Program-made: the position numbers and the translations under genes
DNA from: the human T2T-CHM13v2.0 reference genome, Homo sapiens
Strand: one strand, 5' to 3'
NCBI RefSeq assembly: GCF_009914755.1
Contig: NC_060933.1
DNA length: 64,000 nt
Notes under the pieces: generated by a model
Told to the model about the DNA's origin: nothing
What the model saw: the letters and a program-made list of their open reading frames with translations, nothing else
Database searches by the model: none
In this document: positions 16,844 through 33,104 of the stretch, one piece after another
Layout: each line of letters starts with the position of its first letter
Position numbering within the stretch: the stretch's first letter is position 1

Positions 16844-16949
16844 TAAGAAAACGTCCACAAGGTAAGGAAATTCAAGCAACCAAGAAAAGACGCTTGATAA
16901 ACAGTAAGTCCCATCTTGCTAGTTTCTTCTGTATTTCTCCAGGGCCACT

Positions 16950-17113
16950 TTAATTGATTCTAAAATGTACATTATTTCTCATTTTTAAAAAAAAATCTCT
17001 AAAATCAGGGTACATCTTAAAAGCAATATAATGCCATGGTTTAATTGGCACATGATTTAGTGATACATAAAATAAAGGCACCTCTTGCAGTGGCATCTTC
17101 GATTTGAAGAAGT
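16950..17113 (+). mobile_element. MER104-like (TcMar-Tc2) DNA transposon
   Basis: gattctaaaatgtacatt...tctctaaaatcagggtacatctta...gtttaattggca...tacataaaataa...tggcatcttcgatttgaagaagta. Confidence 0.7.
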
Positions 17114-18513
17114 ATAATATTCTACGAATATACAAATTTCTGTGTTTTTTTGTCCCCCCAACCCCTGCCCTTTTAAAGACATATAGTAATATAGTGGGGT
17201 TATAGGTTTATATACTGCTACTTAGCTGTGCAGAGAAATTACAGCATTTAAAAAAATCACCAATCTGTCTTCCTCATAAGTCATCATCTAGAAATGGGGA
17301 GAAGCAAAGAGTGGTATTTTGGCCAGTTAATAAGGTCTTATATTCTTTTGGCTTAAACAGTATCTTTTGGGTAAATTCTGGATTTTTTCATATATCCTGC
17401 CATCCCCCATTAAAAACCAGCATCTGGTCTTGGGGGATTGTGAGATTTTTGTGGAGGTGAGGGAGGCCCTGGCCTATGCTTGCTGCCTTTGCTCATCTAG
17501 TCTGGTCTGGTCTGGTCCCTGGGCCTTTCGCAGGTATCCCCTGAAGTGTGGTTGGTGGTCTTGAATTTTTTTCTTTTGTCTCCATCAGGGCCAGGGAACT
17601 GTCCTTGCTTCCTTTTGGTACATTCACCCTGCAGCAGATGTCATGGCTTCCAAGTGGAACTTCACTCTCTTTCTTACTAGTTAAGCTACAGGAGGCTTAG
17701 AGTGCTAAAACCGAGATGCTTCCCCTGCATAAGGCCATGCAACACGGCCATTTTATTCTGTAGCCATCCGTGTTGGGATGAGTGGAAGGTTGCATCTGCG
17801 AGGTGGTCTTCTCCTAGAGTTTCAATTAGGAAGTGGGGCAAAAGCCCCAGTGCCTTCCCTTCAACCTGACGACCAGTCTACCCTCTCCCCACCTGTGCTA
17901 GTTATCAATTTCTTGCTTGTTATCTCCAAATCCATTCTGCTTTGCCATGTTTCGTGACATGGGAACTGGACTCTGTCAACAGTTTTCCTTTGCCTGCTGG
18001 CGAGGTGTTAGGCTTTGTCAACAGAGTGCTGGAGGGACATGGCAAGGTCATGGTGGGAGGAGGGCGTCCTTTCCCAGTGTGCTGATTTTCACTGGTGAGT
18101 GAGTATCAGTGGACTGGCGTGCAAGATGCCCAGAAACACATATCAGCCATCATAGACAGCCCAGTGGGTGGTACCGTGCACCAGCTCCAACCACACACAC
18201 CCTGCAGGGAGTTTCTCCACCACGTGGTGGGCTGCTGCCCTGGGCCAGCTCTGGATCACGCCCTCTGACAAGCATGTTTGCCACCGGCATGCTGTGTGTT
18301 CCTGTGGAGCTGTGCCCTTTCTGAAGAGTCTGAATCTCAGCTTTGGGGTTGGGGGAGGCTCTCCTAAGTTCTTAGTTCCTCCCTCTTCACTCTACCTGCC
18401 CTTTTTAAGACACATAGTAATATAGTGGGCTCTAAGTAGTAGACACTTTGTTCATTTGCTACTTCTGTACCCCTGGGTCCTCTTTTACTCTTCTGTCATT
18501 TGTTAAAAATCTC

Positions 18514-19324
<811 letters not shown>

Positions 19325-19869
19325 GAACGCTCTCTTAGCAGTATCTACTTTTTGTTAATAATTCTTTTATTAAATTTTCCCTATTGAAATGACTGGTGTG
19401 GTTTCTGTCTCCTGACTGGTACATCACCTCTTCCTCGGAATTTGCGGGCAGGGAAGTGATGATACATGTTTGACTGCCTCCTACTCTTTGCACCCTGATG
19501 TGAGGGAAGGGCTGGACCCTTCTACATCTTTCTGTCTGGATGAAGCTCCTCTGCTGTCATTTCCTCCTCCTTCCCTAGTGCGGCAAGCAGCTCTGCCAGC
19601 TTGTCATAGAAGGGCATTTAAGTGACTTTGCCAACACAAACAGTACTGCAATGAAGATATGCCACACTTTGCAATTAGTTATTCACTTTAAAGTTCTGTT
19701 ATGATATAGTAACTTAATAAGTGAAAAAAACATCTTGGACCAATAAGGATGGAAGAAAAGTATCGGAAAACTAGTCAGAATTAAAATAAGGACTAAATCA
19801 CGACTTTTATTTCTGTGATTTCTTTTTGTATTTTTGAAGCTCTTTTCTTAGGTCAGGGCCACCATGGCT

Positions 19870-20925
19870 TTTTGTTGCATTGATCTCTTTATCATTATAT
19901 GCTGTTTCTCCTTAGGCTCTGCAATATTCCTTGCTCTGAGTCTACTTTGTCTGATAGGCACTTCAGCTTTCTTTTGATCACGCTTGCATAATACACCTTT
20001 TCCCATCCTTTTACTCGTAGCCTGCCCGTGTCATTGCCCCAGTGGGGAACTGCTGTTGCTCTTTACTTGGAGCCAGGCTCATGGTAAGAGGATGGGGACT
20101 TTCTTGGTTCTCTTAGTCTGACTCCATCTTAGGCAGGTACTGTGTGCCTGGACTTCAGGATAGGGCTTTCTTAGCATTGTGTGCTTTCACCCTCCATGCC
20201 ACCTGGACTCTGCCTTCTGTGTGTGTGTTTGTGTGTGTGTGTGGTGTGAGCTCCCGTGTGAGAGAGAATTTCCCACGTTTCCCCCCAACCCCACCCGAAG
20301 CTGACTTTTGCATTGTATCAGTGCAGAATCCAGCAGACGATCATATTTGCTGGTACCTCACCCCCAGGAGCAGCAGATCTTTGCCTGGGTCCCGGGGACA
20401 GGGAAGGTTTCTTGCCCTTCCCCCAGTGGATTACGGCTTTTGCATTAGGTCTGAGAGACGGGCTCAGGAAGGAGGCAAGATTTTACCCGAGTCCGGTATT
20501 GAGGGGTGCTCTCTCCAGCCTCGTGCTCTGCTCCCAGTCGTCGTCACGAGCACCTGGTAGTGGCCCATGGAAAAGGGTTTGCAAGTGAGTTCAGACAGGA
20601 ATTCTAGTGTTACACCAGCCCATGCTCAGCTCCATAAGAATTCATTAAAAATTGAGATGTTTTCCCGTCACCTGTTGACATGGCAGCCTCATCTTCCTCC
20701 TGTGCTCTGTGAAGGGTCACAGGGTTTGCGTGTCCCATTTCTCCTTGGAGGGATTTGTCACTGATTAGAATTCAGTTCACCTGATGGCCTTGTGGCCTCA
20801 GCTCTCTGATTAGCTCAAGAAAAGTTAGGATTTTGTTGATTATCTGGCTTTTTCTTTTTGTTGGGTTGAAAGTTCTCTTATGGCTTTCTGCATCTTAAGC
20901 AAGGGGAGTAGAACTCTATTTCTTC
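19870..20925 (-). mobile_element. Ancient L1M (ORF2 5' part joined to 5' UTR)
   Basis: gagtctactttgtctgat...cttcagctttctttt...cccatccttttact; old L1MC/MD 5' UTR motifs. Confidence 0.6.
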
Positions 20926-21069
20926 ACCTGTCCCTCAGCAGAATTATGTAAGTAAAATAAAATTTAGGTTCCTCACAGATCAGTGCAGTTTGCTAATACA
21001 AATACTGTATGTATAGTTACTCTGTTTTCCACATCCACCATTGGTTTAAGTTTGAACACCCCTGTTTTA

Positions 21070-21975
21070 CTTTGTATTTTGAAATAATTTCAAACTTACA
21101 GAAAATTTACAAGAATAGTACAGAGAATTCCTACATGTCCTTTACTTAGTTCGAGTCATCAATTTTTAACGTATTGCTACATTACATTTGCTTTACCATT
21201 TCCCCCCTTCTATATGTGTATGGGTATAAAATTTGTTTTTCGGAATCATTTGGGAGTAGGTCACAACATTTTGTCCTTTTATCCCTTAATATTTCAAGTG
21301 TATGTTGTAAGAACAAGGATCTTCTCTTATGTAACTATAGTATAATTATTAACTTTAGGAAATTTAACTTTGATAGAATATTTTTATTTAACCTAAAATC
21401 CGTATTCCAATTTCCTCAATTCTCCCAGTAATGTCCTTTCTAGCAATTACCCCCTTGGGTGTAGGATCCAGTCCTGGATCATGGATTGCATTAATTTGTC
21501 ATGATCTTTAATATCCTGTAAGCTGGAACAGTTCCTCAGTCTCTCTGCCTTGCATGACATTGGTATTTTTCAAGGACATGGAGCAGTTATTGTATAGAAT
21601 GTTTTTCAATTTTGGCTGGAACATTTCAGTTTCAGTTTGTTTGATGTTTCCTTACTATTAGATTCAAGTTACACATTTCTGTTTTAGAATATTACAGAAG
21701 TAATGCTGTATCTTTCTCATGGTGTTACATCCATTTGCATACCTTGTCTTTCTGCCTGTCGTTAATGATATTAATTTTGATTATTTAGTCAAGGTACTGT
21801 CTGGTTCCTTCATTGGATAGTTGCTAGTTTTCCTCTTGCATCTATTTGCTTTTCGGTTTTTGTTTTTTCCCTTAACTTTTTCTCCCTGTGATTTCCTGAA
21901 ACCTCTTGCATCTAAAAAGCAATCTGTGGGGAGACATTTTGTGACCATATAAGTAACCTGCTCCTCATGAAACAT
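21070..21975 (-). mobile_element. L1MC 3' region
   Basis: tttgaaataatttcaaacttacagaaa...aagaacaaggatcttctctta...ttagattcaagtta. Confidence 0.8.
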
Positions 21976-22909
21976 AAAATACAAACCTTGGGTTCTCTTA
22001 GAGTGGAGAAAGGGATCAGTGATCCAAGACCGTTTCTCATAAAGCTAATACCTCAGAGAGGCTACACCATCAGAGAGAAAATGTACGGGGGAGAAGCACA
22101 TTACACAGTATCAATCAGAAAGGAATATTTCTGTCTGAGCTTTCACTTTGAGTGGAGGGCAAAGAAAAAAAATCACATGAGAACTTGTGGCTGCTGACCA
22201 GCTGCTCCCACATGGGTGTAGAAACTGGTTTTATCCTATCTGTGTGACCTCCAATAGCTGCAAGTTGGAAATCTTGATTTAGAGTGGACCTAGGTTTTTA
22301 CCATCCCTGGGTGCTTGACAAAAGCAAGTTTAAGTCTTCCCTAACTCAGAGTTTCCATAGATCATTGCAGCCAATATGAACACACCAAAAAAGGACATAC
22401 ACACACACACACACACACACCCTGAAACAAGATATCATGCGCAAGAGTCAGTAGAAACAATAGTTGTTCCTGACAATTTCAGATATTGGAAATATTGAAT
22501 ATAGACTATAAGTTAATTTACTACCTTTGGGGAAGCAAAAGAAGGAATTGAAAATATGAGGAAAGAGAGAGATACATCAAAAACAACCAGGCAGTTTTAT
22601 TTTTAAAAATCAAATATAATGTTCAGAAGTAAAAAGCATAATCATTGAGATAAAAAATTTATGGATTGGTTAAATGTTAGAATAGAAACAGCAGAAACCA
22701 GAATTAGTGAACTAGAAGATAAGTCTGAAGAAATAACACAGACTGAAGCTAATAGAAACAAAGGGATGTAAACCACGAGAGGCTCAGAGATATAGTGAGA
22801 AGGTCCAACTTATGTCTAATTGGAGTTCCAGAAGAAGATACTACAGGGAATGGCAAAGAGAGAATATTGAAACAGATAATGAGTGAGAATCTTCACAATT
22901 GATGAACAA

Positions 22910-23339
22910 CAGGCCTTTGTCTGTCATTTGTGGAAGCTAGCACAACAGTTTAAACGGAGGCCCATAGGCCATGTCTAAATATTTAAAAGTTACAAATGTG
23001 ACAGACTGTGAAATAAAATATGTCTATACTCCTACCTTGACAAATATGTCTCTCTGATACTCTAGAAGATGAGGTTTAAATGTAGAGTTCTTGAACTCCA
23101 CAGAGCTCTATGCTGGCACATAGCAGCACAGAGTGAGCCAGACCTTCGCCTGTGGCCCCCACCCTTTTGTCTTTCTTCCCGCAGCTTTATCCATGCTGTG
23201 AGGGGCCTCATGCACACATGTGTACATACTTCAGCCTGCATATCTAAGCTGTGTTCACGCTCCTCACAAGCATGCTTGTAGGTGGCAACTCTGGCCTATG
23301 CCCGTATGCTGGTGCATTCTACTTTCTTTCATTTTTATT

Positions 23340-23374
<35 letters not shown>

Positions 23375-23887
23375 GAGACAGGGTTTCATTCTGTTGGCCA
23401 GGCTGGAGTGCAGTGGTCTGATCATAGCTCATTACAGCCTTGAACTTCTGGACTCATGCAGTCCTCCTGAGTAGCTGGGACTACATTAATTACCACACCT
23501 AGTATTTTTTTTTTATTTTTATTTTTTGTAGCAACAGGGTCTCGCTGTGCTGCCCAGGCTGGGTTTGAACTCATGGCCTCAAACACTCTTTCTGCCTCAG
23601 CGTCCCAAAGTGCTGGGATTACAAGCATGAGCCACTGTGTCGGGCCAGCATTCCACTTTGATAATAGACCTGTGGAAAAGGCCCATGCAAGTCCTGAATG
23701 TGGGCATGGATTCAATTAAGTAGGGAATTCCAGGATCCTGGATACCTAGAATATGGTGATCAGACTCAGGGTGGGTGCATCTCCTTGGGCCTTCAGGCCC
23801 CTTGCCCTGTGGGGAGAGGTGGAGTCTTTTAAATTATAGAATCTAGGGTAGGGGCCTCTCTTGGAACAGGTTCTAAGGGTGGTAATG
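22910..23887 (+). mobile_element. MER115-like (hAT-Tip100) DNA transposon
   Basis: ggaggccca..ccatgtctaaatatttaaaagtta...aaataaaatatgt..ctcctaccttgacaaata; end tctaagggtggtaatg. Confidence 0.7.
23330..23647 (-). mobile_element. AluJ with (TTTA)n tail
   Basis: Antisense dimer; TSD CATTC(T/C)ACTTT. Confidence 0.92.
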
Positions 23888-24258
23888 AGAGACAAAAATT
23901 CTCTGGTTCAGGAAGCCCATCAAATTCCAAAGCGGCAAAGAAGGAAAGGAAAGAAATTCATGTCTAAACATATCAGTAAACCTGTGAACCTATAGAACAT
24001 CAAAACCAGAAACGATTCTTAAAAATAGGAAGAGAGAAAAGACAGATTACCTACAAAGGAACAACAATTCATATGCCAGCTGGCTTTTCTATACCAAGAG
24101 TGGAACTACTGAAACAGTGTTTTCAAAGTAGGCAGTGAAAATAACTGTTGATCTAGAATTGTGTAGCCATGAAACAGCCTTTAAATAATGAGAACGAAGT
24201 GAAATAAAGACATTAGATAAATAAAAACAAAAAGAATTTACTGCTGAGAATTCATCAC

Positions 24259-24813
24259 TGTGATGGTTAATATTAGGTGTCAACTTGATTGGGTTGAAGG
24301 ATTGTTTCTGGGTGTGTGTGTGAGGGTGTTGCCAGAGGAAACTGACATTTGAGCTGGGGGACTAGGAGAGGAAGACCCACCCTCAACGTGGGTGGGCACC
24401 ATCCAGTTGGTTGCCAGTGCAGCTAGAACAAAGCAGGCAGAAGAAGGTGGGATAAGCTTGCTGAGTCTCCTGGCTTCCTTCCTTCTCCCATCCTGGATGC
24501 TTCCTCCCACTCCTCCTGCCCGTCCACATAAGACTCCAGGTTCTAAGGCCTTTGGACTCTTGGACTTGTACCAGTGGCTTGCCAGGGGCTCTTGGGCTTT
24601 TGCCACAGACTAATGGCTGCACTGTTGGCTTCCCTGGTTTTGAGGCTTTCAGACTCGGACTGAGCCACTACGAGCTCTCTTTCCCGGCTTGCAGACCTCA
24701 TATCGTGGGACTTTGCCTTGTAATCATGTGAGCCAGTTCTCCCAAATAAACTCCCTTTCATATATACATATATCCTATTAGTTCTGTCCCTTTGGAGAAT
24801 GCTGACTAATACC
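24259..24813 (+). mobile_element. MLT2B-like ERVL solo LTR
   Basis: tgtgatggttaatattaggtgtcaacttga...aataaactcc...tgactaatac; 5-bp TSD ATCAC. Confidence 0.9.
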
Positions 24814-25544
24814 ATCACTAAAGAACATCCTCAAGAAGAAGGGAAATGACACCAAGAAGGAAGGTTTAAAATTTAAGACAACATTAAGTTGATCCAGAGA
24901 GATGCATTAACTTGCCTAAAGATCACACTTGGTTCAGAACCAAGCCTAGACTTAAACCGAGACAGGATGCAAGAAAGAAATCAAGTTAACGACAGAATTT
25001 CATTTTCACCCAGGAAGTAGACACAGGGTCCCTTGGGGCTCATTTTGGGAGAAGGCCTACCTTTTTCCCAGGACACACCACCATTTACACGTCGAGTCTT
25101 ACAGCCTCCAGGACTTTAAGCTTCCCACTGCTAATGTGTCATTTTTCCTTTCTCTTGCCACTGAGTTGTTTGCTCAACTAGAGGATTTTACTTTCTGCCC
25201 TTCAAGTTCACATGGTAGCTCGCATGGTAACATAAGTGAGTCTTGGCAGTGTTGCCAGGGACAGGATGACTTTAATTTCATTCCTCCTCATCTTGATGCT
25301 TTTTTTCCCTTTCCAGTTCCCATCAGCTACTTCCCTACCCCTAGTGGTCCTATGAGTCCTTCAGTTCTCCCCCTTTCTCCATGACACACCAGGAGCCATG
25401 TCAGATGTGATTTCTGACCTGGGACCCTGAATGGCACAAGGAGAAGAAGTACGGAATTGGGGGAGGGTATAAGAGGGTTTAAGATGCGTGAAAAATGTTG
25501 AGTAGGACATTTCAAGAGATAGTTCAAATAATATGGTACCTTTT

Positions 25545-25755
25545 GTTTACGTCACCACACTTGGCAAATTTGATCGTATGACATCTCATTTGATGTCTTT
25601 GAGATGACAGATGTTGTCCCTACTGTAGAGCTAAGATCCTCAGAGAGGTTAAATGACTTGCCTGTAATCACTAAGTTAGAAAGTGGCAGAGCCCCAGAAC
25701 TACCCCATGCAGCTGCTTTCTAGTTTCTAATCAGGTGCTTTTTCACTAACACCAT
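25545..25755 (-). mobile_element. MIR
   Basis: ctcagagaggttaaatgacttgcc...aagtggcagagcc. Confidence 0.75.
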
Positions 25756-25801
25756 CTTGCCTCTACAAACTGACGGCTTACAAAATGCTACCAAAGGGTA
25801 A

Positions 25802-26098
<297 letters not shown>

Positions 26099-26557
26099 AA
26101 GGGTAATACTTTTTAATCAGCCAATAAGATTCACATGGAATTTGCTTATTTTTAGTATTCCTGTCAGTATTGATGGATTTCTTTAAAAGTTTTTTCCATA
26201 GATCTATTTGCCCATCACCTCTCCAACTCCTCCAGCATCTGCCCCCTTTCTTCCGCATACATATTGTGATGTCTAACTGGGCCTTAATTATCATGAATTT
26301 TAAATTGGTGGTATCCATACTAATCAGGATTTCCTGTAATTGGAACATTCTTCACACTTTTGATATTTGCTGATTGTCCTCTCTATGCATTTTAGAAGTT
26401 TCAGACTATTTTTTCTGAGAAATAACTAGAGTCTGTGCAAGCTGTGTCGTACATTTTGACTGCAATTTTAGTACTGAGTGTTGCTTGCTTGAAAAGAGGC
26501 AGGTAAACCAAGTTATTGAGTGCAGTTTCAAACACAAGCCACCACTGTTCCATAGAT

Positions 26558-27087
26558 CAGGGGTCCCCAATCCCCAGGCCACAGACTGGTCATGGTCTGT
26601 GGCCTGTTAGGAACCAGGCCGTATAGCAGGTGGTGAGCGGCAGGTAAGCAATGAAGCTTCATCTGTATTTACAGCCGCTCCCCATAGTACTCATTACTGC
26701 CTGAGCTCCGCCTCCTGTCAGATCAGTGGCGGCATTAGTTTCTCATAGGAGCATGAAATCTATTGTGAACAGTACATGCGATGGATCCAGGTTGCGTGCT
26801 CCTAGTGAGAATCTAATGCCTGAGGATCTCTCATTGTCTCTTATCACTCCCAGATAGGACTGTCTAGTTGCAGGAAAACAAGCTCAGGGCTCCCACTGAT
26901 TCTACATTACAGTGGGTTGTATAATTATTATATATTACAATGTAATAATAATATAAATAAAGTGCACAATAAATGTAATGCACTTGAATCATCCCAGAAC
27001 CACCCCTCAGTGGCCCCATCCCCAGTCTGTGGAAAAATTGTCTTCCACAAAAGCAGTTCCTGGTGCCAAAAGGGTTGGGGACTGTTG
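26558..27087 (+). mobile_element. MER1A (hAT-Charlie)
   Basis: TIRs caggggtccccaa / ttggggactgttg; 530 bp; approximate 8-bp TSD ccatagat/ccattgga. Confidence 0.9.
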
Positions 27088-27185
27088 CCATTGGATCATG
27101 ACACATTACTATCTTGTTGAATTAAACGTTGCAAACTGCAACGTTTGTAACTGCCAGTAGGCAGTTTTTATTTTATTTTTCATTT

Positions 27186-27428
27186 TTTATTTATTTTTTT
27201 ACCTGTGAGCCCACATCCATAAAGTTAGCAGACTATGTCATAGTCAAGAGACTTTGCTTTATGAACTAGCTGATTTAGTTTGCTCACAAGCTTTGAAAGA
27301 GTCTTTTTTTAAAGGCCAAGTTTAAGACACCTTAGACCATAGAAATATGTGTATTTCCTGGCCATTCGATCATTTGAAGGCCAGATTTTATCAAAACAAA
27401 TGAATCACTGTTTCTCCTTCCTTCATCA
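27186..27428 (+). repeat. Inverted repeat arm A (243 bp, unique sequence)
   Basis: Reverse complement of 29362-29604; no mismatch in a base-by-base read. Confidence 0.95.
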
Positions 27429-28457
27429 TTCCCTAATTGGTTTCCAAAATAAAATGATTAGTGGCTGCATTTCTCAACTGCATTGTTTTGATTACAGTCT
27501 TACTGGCTGTATTGGGTGAGACATTGGGAAATGCTTTCATAACTGGTGATCACTGTTGACGGGGTTCCCTGACTTCATAAAGGCCCAGATTATGTTACCC
27601 CGAGAAAGTCTTTGAAGGAGCAAGCTCTTTCTTATGCTTTTGTTATTAAGTTAGGGAAAATGACTTTAAATAATGGAACCTTAGTTACAATGTAGGTTCC
27701 ACTCTTCTTGAGATTTGTGTTACTTTTTAGACATGACAAAAGTGTGCATTTTAGAGTTCCTCTTACCCCAGGAACAATGGACTCACTTGGCTTTCAAAAG
27801 GGCAGAATATACTGAGTATTTCTGACTGCAGGTTTCTTCTTTCTGGTACCCTCAAAAATACACCATAAATAGTAGATTAATCTCCCTTTTGCTGTCCGTG
27901 AGTCCCTTCCCGTTTCTTCAGCACTGCTTGATATGACTGGTATGGAGGCCTAAAGCTGGCTGGCCTAGTTAGTGTTACCCAAGTGGTTTCTTGTGAGCAT
28001 CCATTTGCATGCAGTTGGGCCTTTTGTCCATTGGTGAACTGCTCCTTGCCTTGAGGTCCTGTAGCTAGTTTGCCACTGAGTATTTCCTTCAAAAAACAGG
28101 AAGGATGCCCTGATATTATGAAGTGGGTGGTTTTAGAATTCCACTTCAGATGGCACTGACCTTTCCTTAATACAGCTGGTTTCACTTAATACATTTTGTT
28201 TAAACAAAGCCTGTTCCTGGAAGTGGTTCCAGAATAGTCTGTTCCTTGTAGCTGTTCCTTTGCTCTTAATTTTAAAAGTGTTTTCCCGACAGTATCATAT
28301 GTGCTCGCACGACAGATTAGAAACTTCTGCTTGAAGTCATCACACTTATGAATTACGTTATGTCCAGTTATGATATATTGATGATTGTATTCAGTAGCTT
28401 GAAGGTTTAAGTGATAACTTTATTTTGCAAAACTGACCACATTCTTTTGTTGCTTAG

Positions 28458-28631
28458 GTGTCTCCCCTTTAAGGGATTCTGATGTCTAGCAGTCTCAATG
28501 GACAAAACAGATAAAAGAGAGAATGAGTATTTTTCACTTTGTAAACATGAACAATTCTTAACAAAAAAGCCAGAGCTGGACTAATTAAATAATCAACATG
28601 TTTTAAAGTGGGATAGACATTTCTATTTTAG
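28458..28631 (+). other. Candidate non-coding exon inside the inverted repeat
   Basis: CTGAC branch site 28433-28437; attcttttgttgcttag| acceptor; TAG|GTATGA donor. Confidence 0.3.
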
Positions 28632-28782
28632 GTATGATACCACAATATTTAAATTTTAGGAAAGACTGGATAGAAATATAAAATAAGATACTAGTAGTCC
28701 TGCTCTGACTTTTCTAAAACAAGTTTATATTACTTTATTTAAAAATGTTTATGAGAGTGCCTTTTAAAAATAGGGATTTATA

Positions 28783-29361
<579 letters not shown>

Positions 29362-29363
<2 letters not shown>

Positions 29364-29604
29364 ATGAAGGAAGGAGAAACAGTGATTCATTTGTTTTGAT
29401 AAAATCTGGCCTTCAAATGATCGAATGGCCAGGAAATACACATATTTCTATGGTCTAAGGTGTCTTAAACTTGGCCTTTAAAAAAAGACTCTTTCAAAGC
29501 TTGTGAGCAAACTAAATCAGCTAGTTCATAAAGCAAAGTCTCTTGACTATGACATAGTCTGCTAACTTTATGGATGTGGGCTCACAGGTAAAAAAATAAA
29601 TAAA
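29362..29604 (-). repeat. Inverted repeat arm B (243 bp)
   Basis: Reverse complement of 27186-27428. Confidence 0.95.
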
Positions 29605-29665
29605 TAAACAAAAAACAATGTCTTTCTCTGCCTTTTGTTAAAAAAAAAACAAAAAAACTTTTTTT

Positions 29666-29814
<149 letters not shown>

Positions 29815-29828
29815 GGCACTTTTTTTTT

Positions 29829-30168
<340 letters not shown>

Positions 30169-30205
30169 CTATCGTAAGATTTATTCTTGTCTTTGGAGAA
30201 CTTAG

Positions 30206-30540
<335 letters not shown>

Positions 30541-31558
30541 TCCGTATTTAAGTATTAGGTGGTGACTCCATACAAAATATTTAACAGCTTGCTGGTTAAC
30601 ATTTAAATCTTTGTTGCTAAGACCTTTTCTATGTTTGACAGTTATTCCAAACACGTTCCATATAGGAATAGTTTGCCAAATAGAAGAACACGGGATATTC
30701 TTCTCCCATGGCTGATGTGTTGTGATTCTAGGTGCATATTTCTGTTTCCAAGAACACGGACCTGTTCTCAAGTTCAAACACTGCATCAAGAGACTGTGCC
30801 CCATGTCTTTTCACTTTTTTCCCTCTCTCTTTCTCTCCCCTTCCCCTCCTTGATTTAATTTCTTCAGCAGGTCAGAATTGATACAGCTTCCAGAAGAAAT
30901 AGTAGAAGTAGGCAAAAGATTAGTTTTTAATTCTTGTTCTGTCAAATACTTTTTGATTGAAATTGTTTTTATTACAAAGGTAGCATTTGCTTTTTGAAAA
31001 ACAAAATAAGAAAAATCTTTTTAATCACTTCACTATTAAGTTTGTTGAATATTCCCTCATAACTTTTTCTCCTGGCTTTTTGAGTATTTGAGACATTTCT
31101 TTCCACATTGCAGTTTTGAAACATTCTACCCCACACTCATACATGAAAGTGAAGGCTCTGCTTCTCAGAGTACAGTTTAATTTACTTTGTGGACATCATT
31201 AACAAAAGGCAGAGAAAGACATTGGACCATACTAATTGTGGGACTTAGAAAAGCTATATTAGTGATGGTTATTAAGTATCGCTTGCAGTGGAGTCTGTAA
31301 CATATTCCTATGAAGTTAATCTAACTACTGAGATAGTGGGAGTGCAGAGGAGGCATGCTGTGAGATGGAGTGGTATTTTCCAGCATGGCTTTTCTGTTTC
31401 TTGAAAACCCTACAGCACTTTGCCATGGTTTCTCATCTGGATGAAATAAAGCACCTGTACCTTAGTATGTCCTGCCATGCCTTTGTATGGCATACTTGGC
31501 TTTGTTCTCCAGGCCTCTTCCCACAGTAACAACGGATTCTTTAGGAATTGGAAGGGGG

Positions 31559-31898
<340 letters not shown>

Positions 31899-32349
31899 TC
31901 ATCTTTACACACACCACCCACTCTATGATGTATATGAGTTCAGAAGAGCACTTTGCTTTATCCTTAATAGAAATATCTGTAAAGCCAGGGGAGTCATAAA
32001 GCTGTAGGCTAAGTAAGGTGCCATGAGAAAAGGAGGCTTCACTTACGCCAGTATTTGGAGCAGCGTTTGGCCTCTTGGAGGTGTTTGCACCCATCGGAGA
32101 TGCTCCATAGTGAGATTTAGGATAAGTGCAAGGTGAGCTTTGCTTTTGTAAAATGCATGAAGTGTGACCACGAAAGGGCCATGGGAAAGAATTATTGATG
32201 GGTTACAGGTGCATCGTTTCAGGCAGATTGACACTAGGAAAGAGCAAAGAGCAGGTAGAGGTTTGACAGTTTACTCCTTTAAAGTAATCCATGTCCAATA
32301 ACCCATGGAAAGTCTTCATGTACTTCTAAGGGGTAGACATACCCTAGTC

Positions 32350-32560
32350 TAGGTGCTAATCTAGGTTCTATCATGTGTTAGCTGTGACCCTGGGCAAATA
32401 ACTTTATCCTATGGCCTCAATTTCATCTTGCAAAAAAATACGGATTAGATAATGGCACTTCCTTAAAAGGTTTGATGGGATTTCAATGGAATATTGCATA
32501 GAAAGTGCTTGAGGCATTGTAAGTACACAGTAAGTGAAGTGTTGACCATTATTAATATCA
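32350..32560 (+). mobile_element. MIR
   Basis: tagctgtgaccctgggcaa...gcctcaatttc.tcttgcaaaa...aaagtgcttg. Confidence 0.75.
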
Positions 32561-32745
32561 TGATGATAAAGTGTGTAACTTATTTTATAAGTACCATATA
32601 ATTGAAATTTGCCAATAGTAACTCCTCGGAGACTTCCAGGGAACTCTGTCAATCAAAAAAAGCTTTGTGTAATAATGGACGCTACCTTGACAGAGTGTGT
32701 TAGTCAAGAGAGGATACTTATTTATAAATTTTGGGATATTTATAC

Positions 32746-33043
<298 letters not shown>

Positions 33044-33104
33044 ATAAAATGTATTTTTATAGATACTTATTGAATTTTAGGATGTGGGCTGGGTGATTAT
33101 TTTT

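Larger units (their letters stand above)
21980..24258 (+). mobile_element. Ancient L1M 5'/ORF1 remnant, interrupted by MER115 and an Alu
   Basis: agaattagtgaactagaagataagtctgaagaaataacacaga; ctaattggagttccagaag; cagattacctacaaagga. Confidence 0.7.

Noticed and set aside
18010-18040. CTCF site typical of LTR41
   Set aside because: The core appears deleted or mutated (caacagagtgctgg instead of a cagtagagggcgctg-like motif).
24286-24299. DUX4 site in the MLT2 LTR
   Set aside because: The reverse complement CAACCCAATCA deviates from the TAAYYYAATCA-type consensus, and the element looks MLT2B-like rather than MLT2A; too weak to call.
27149-27200. Rho-independent terminator-like hairpin plus T run
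   Set aside because: Eukaryotic Alu-rich context, so the bacterial mechanism does not apply.
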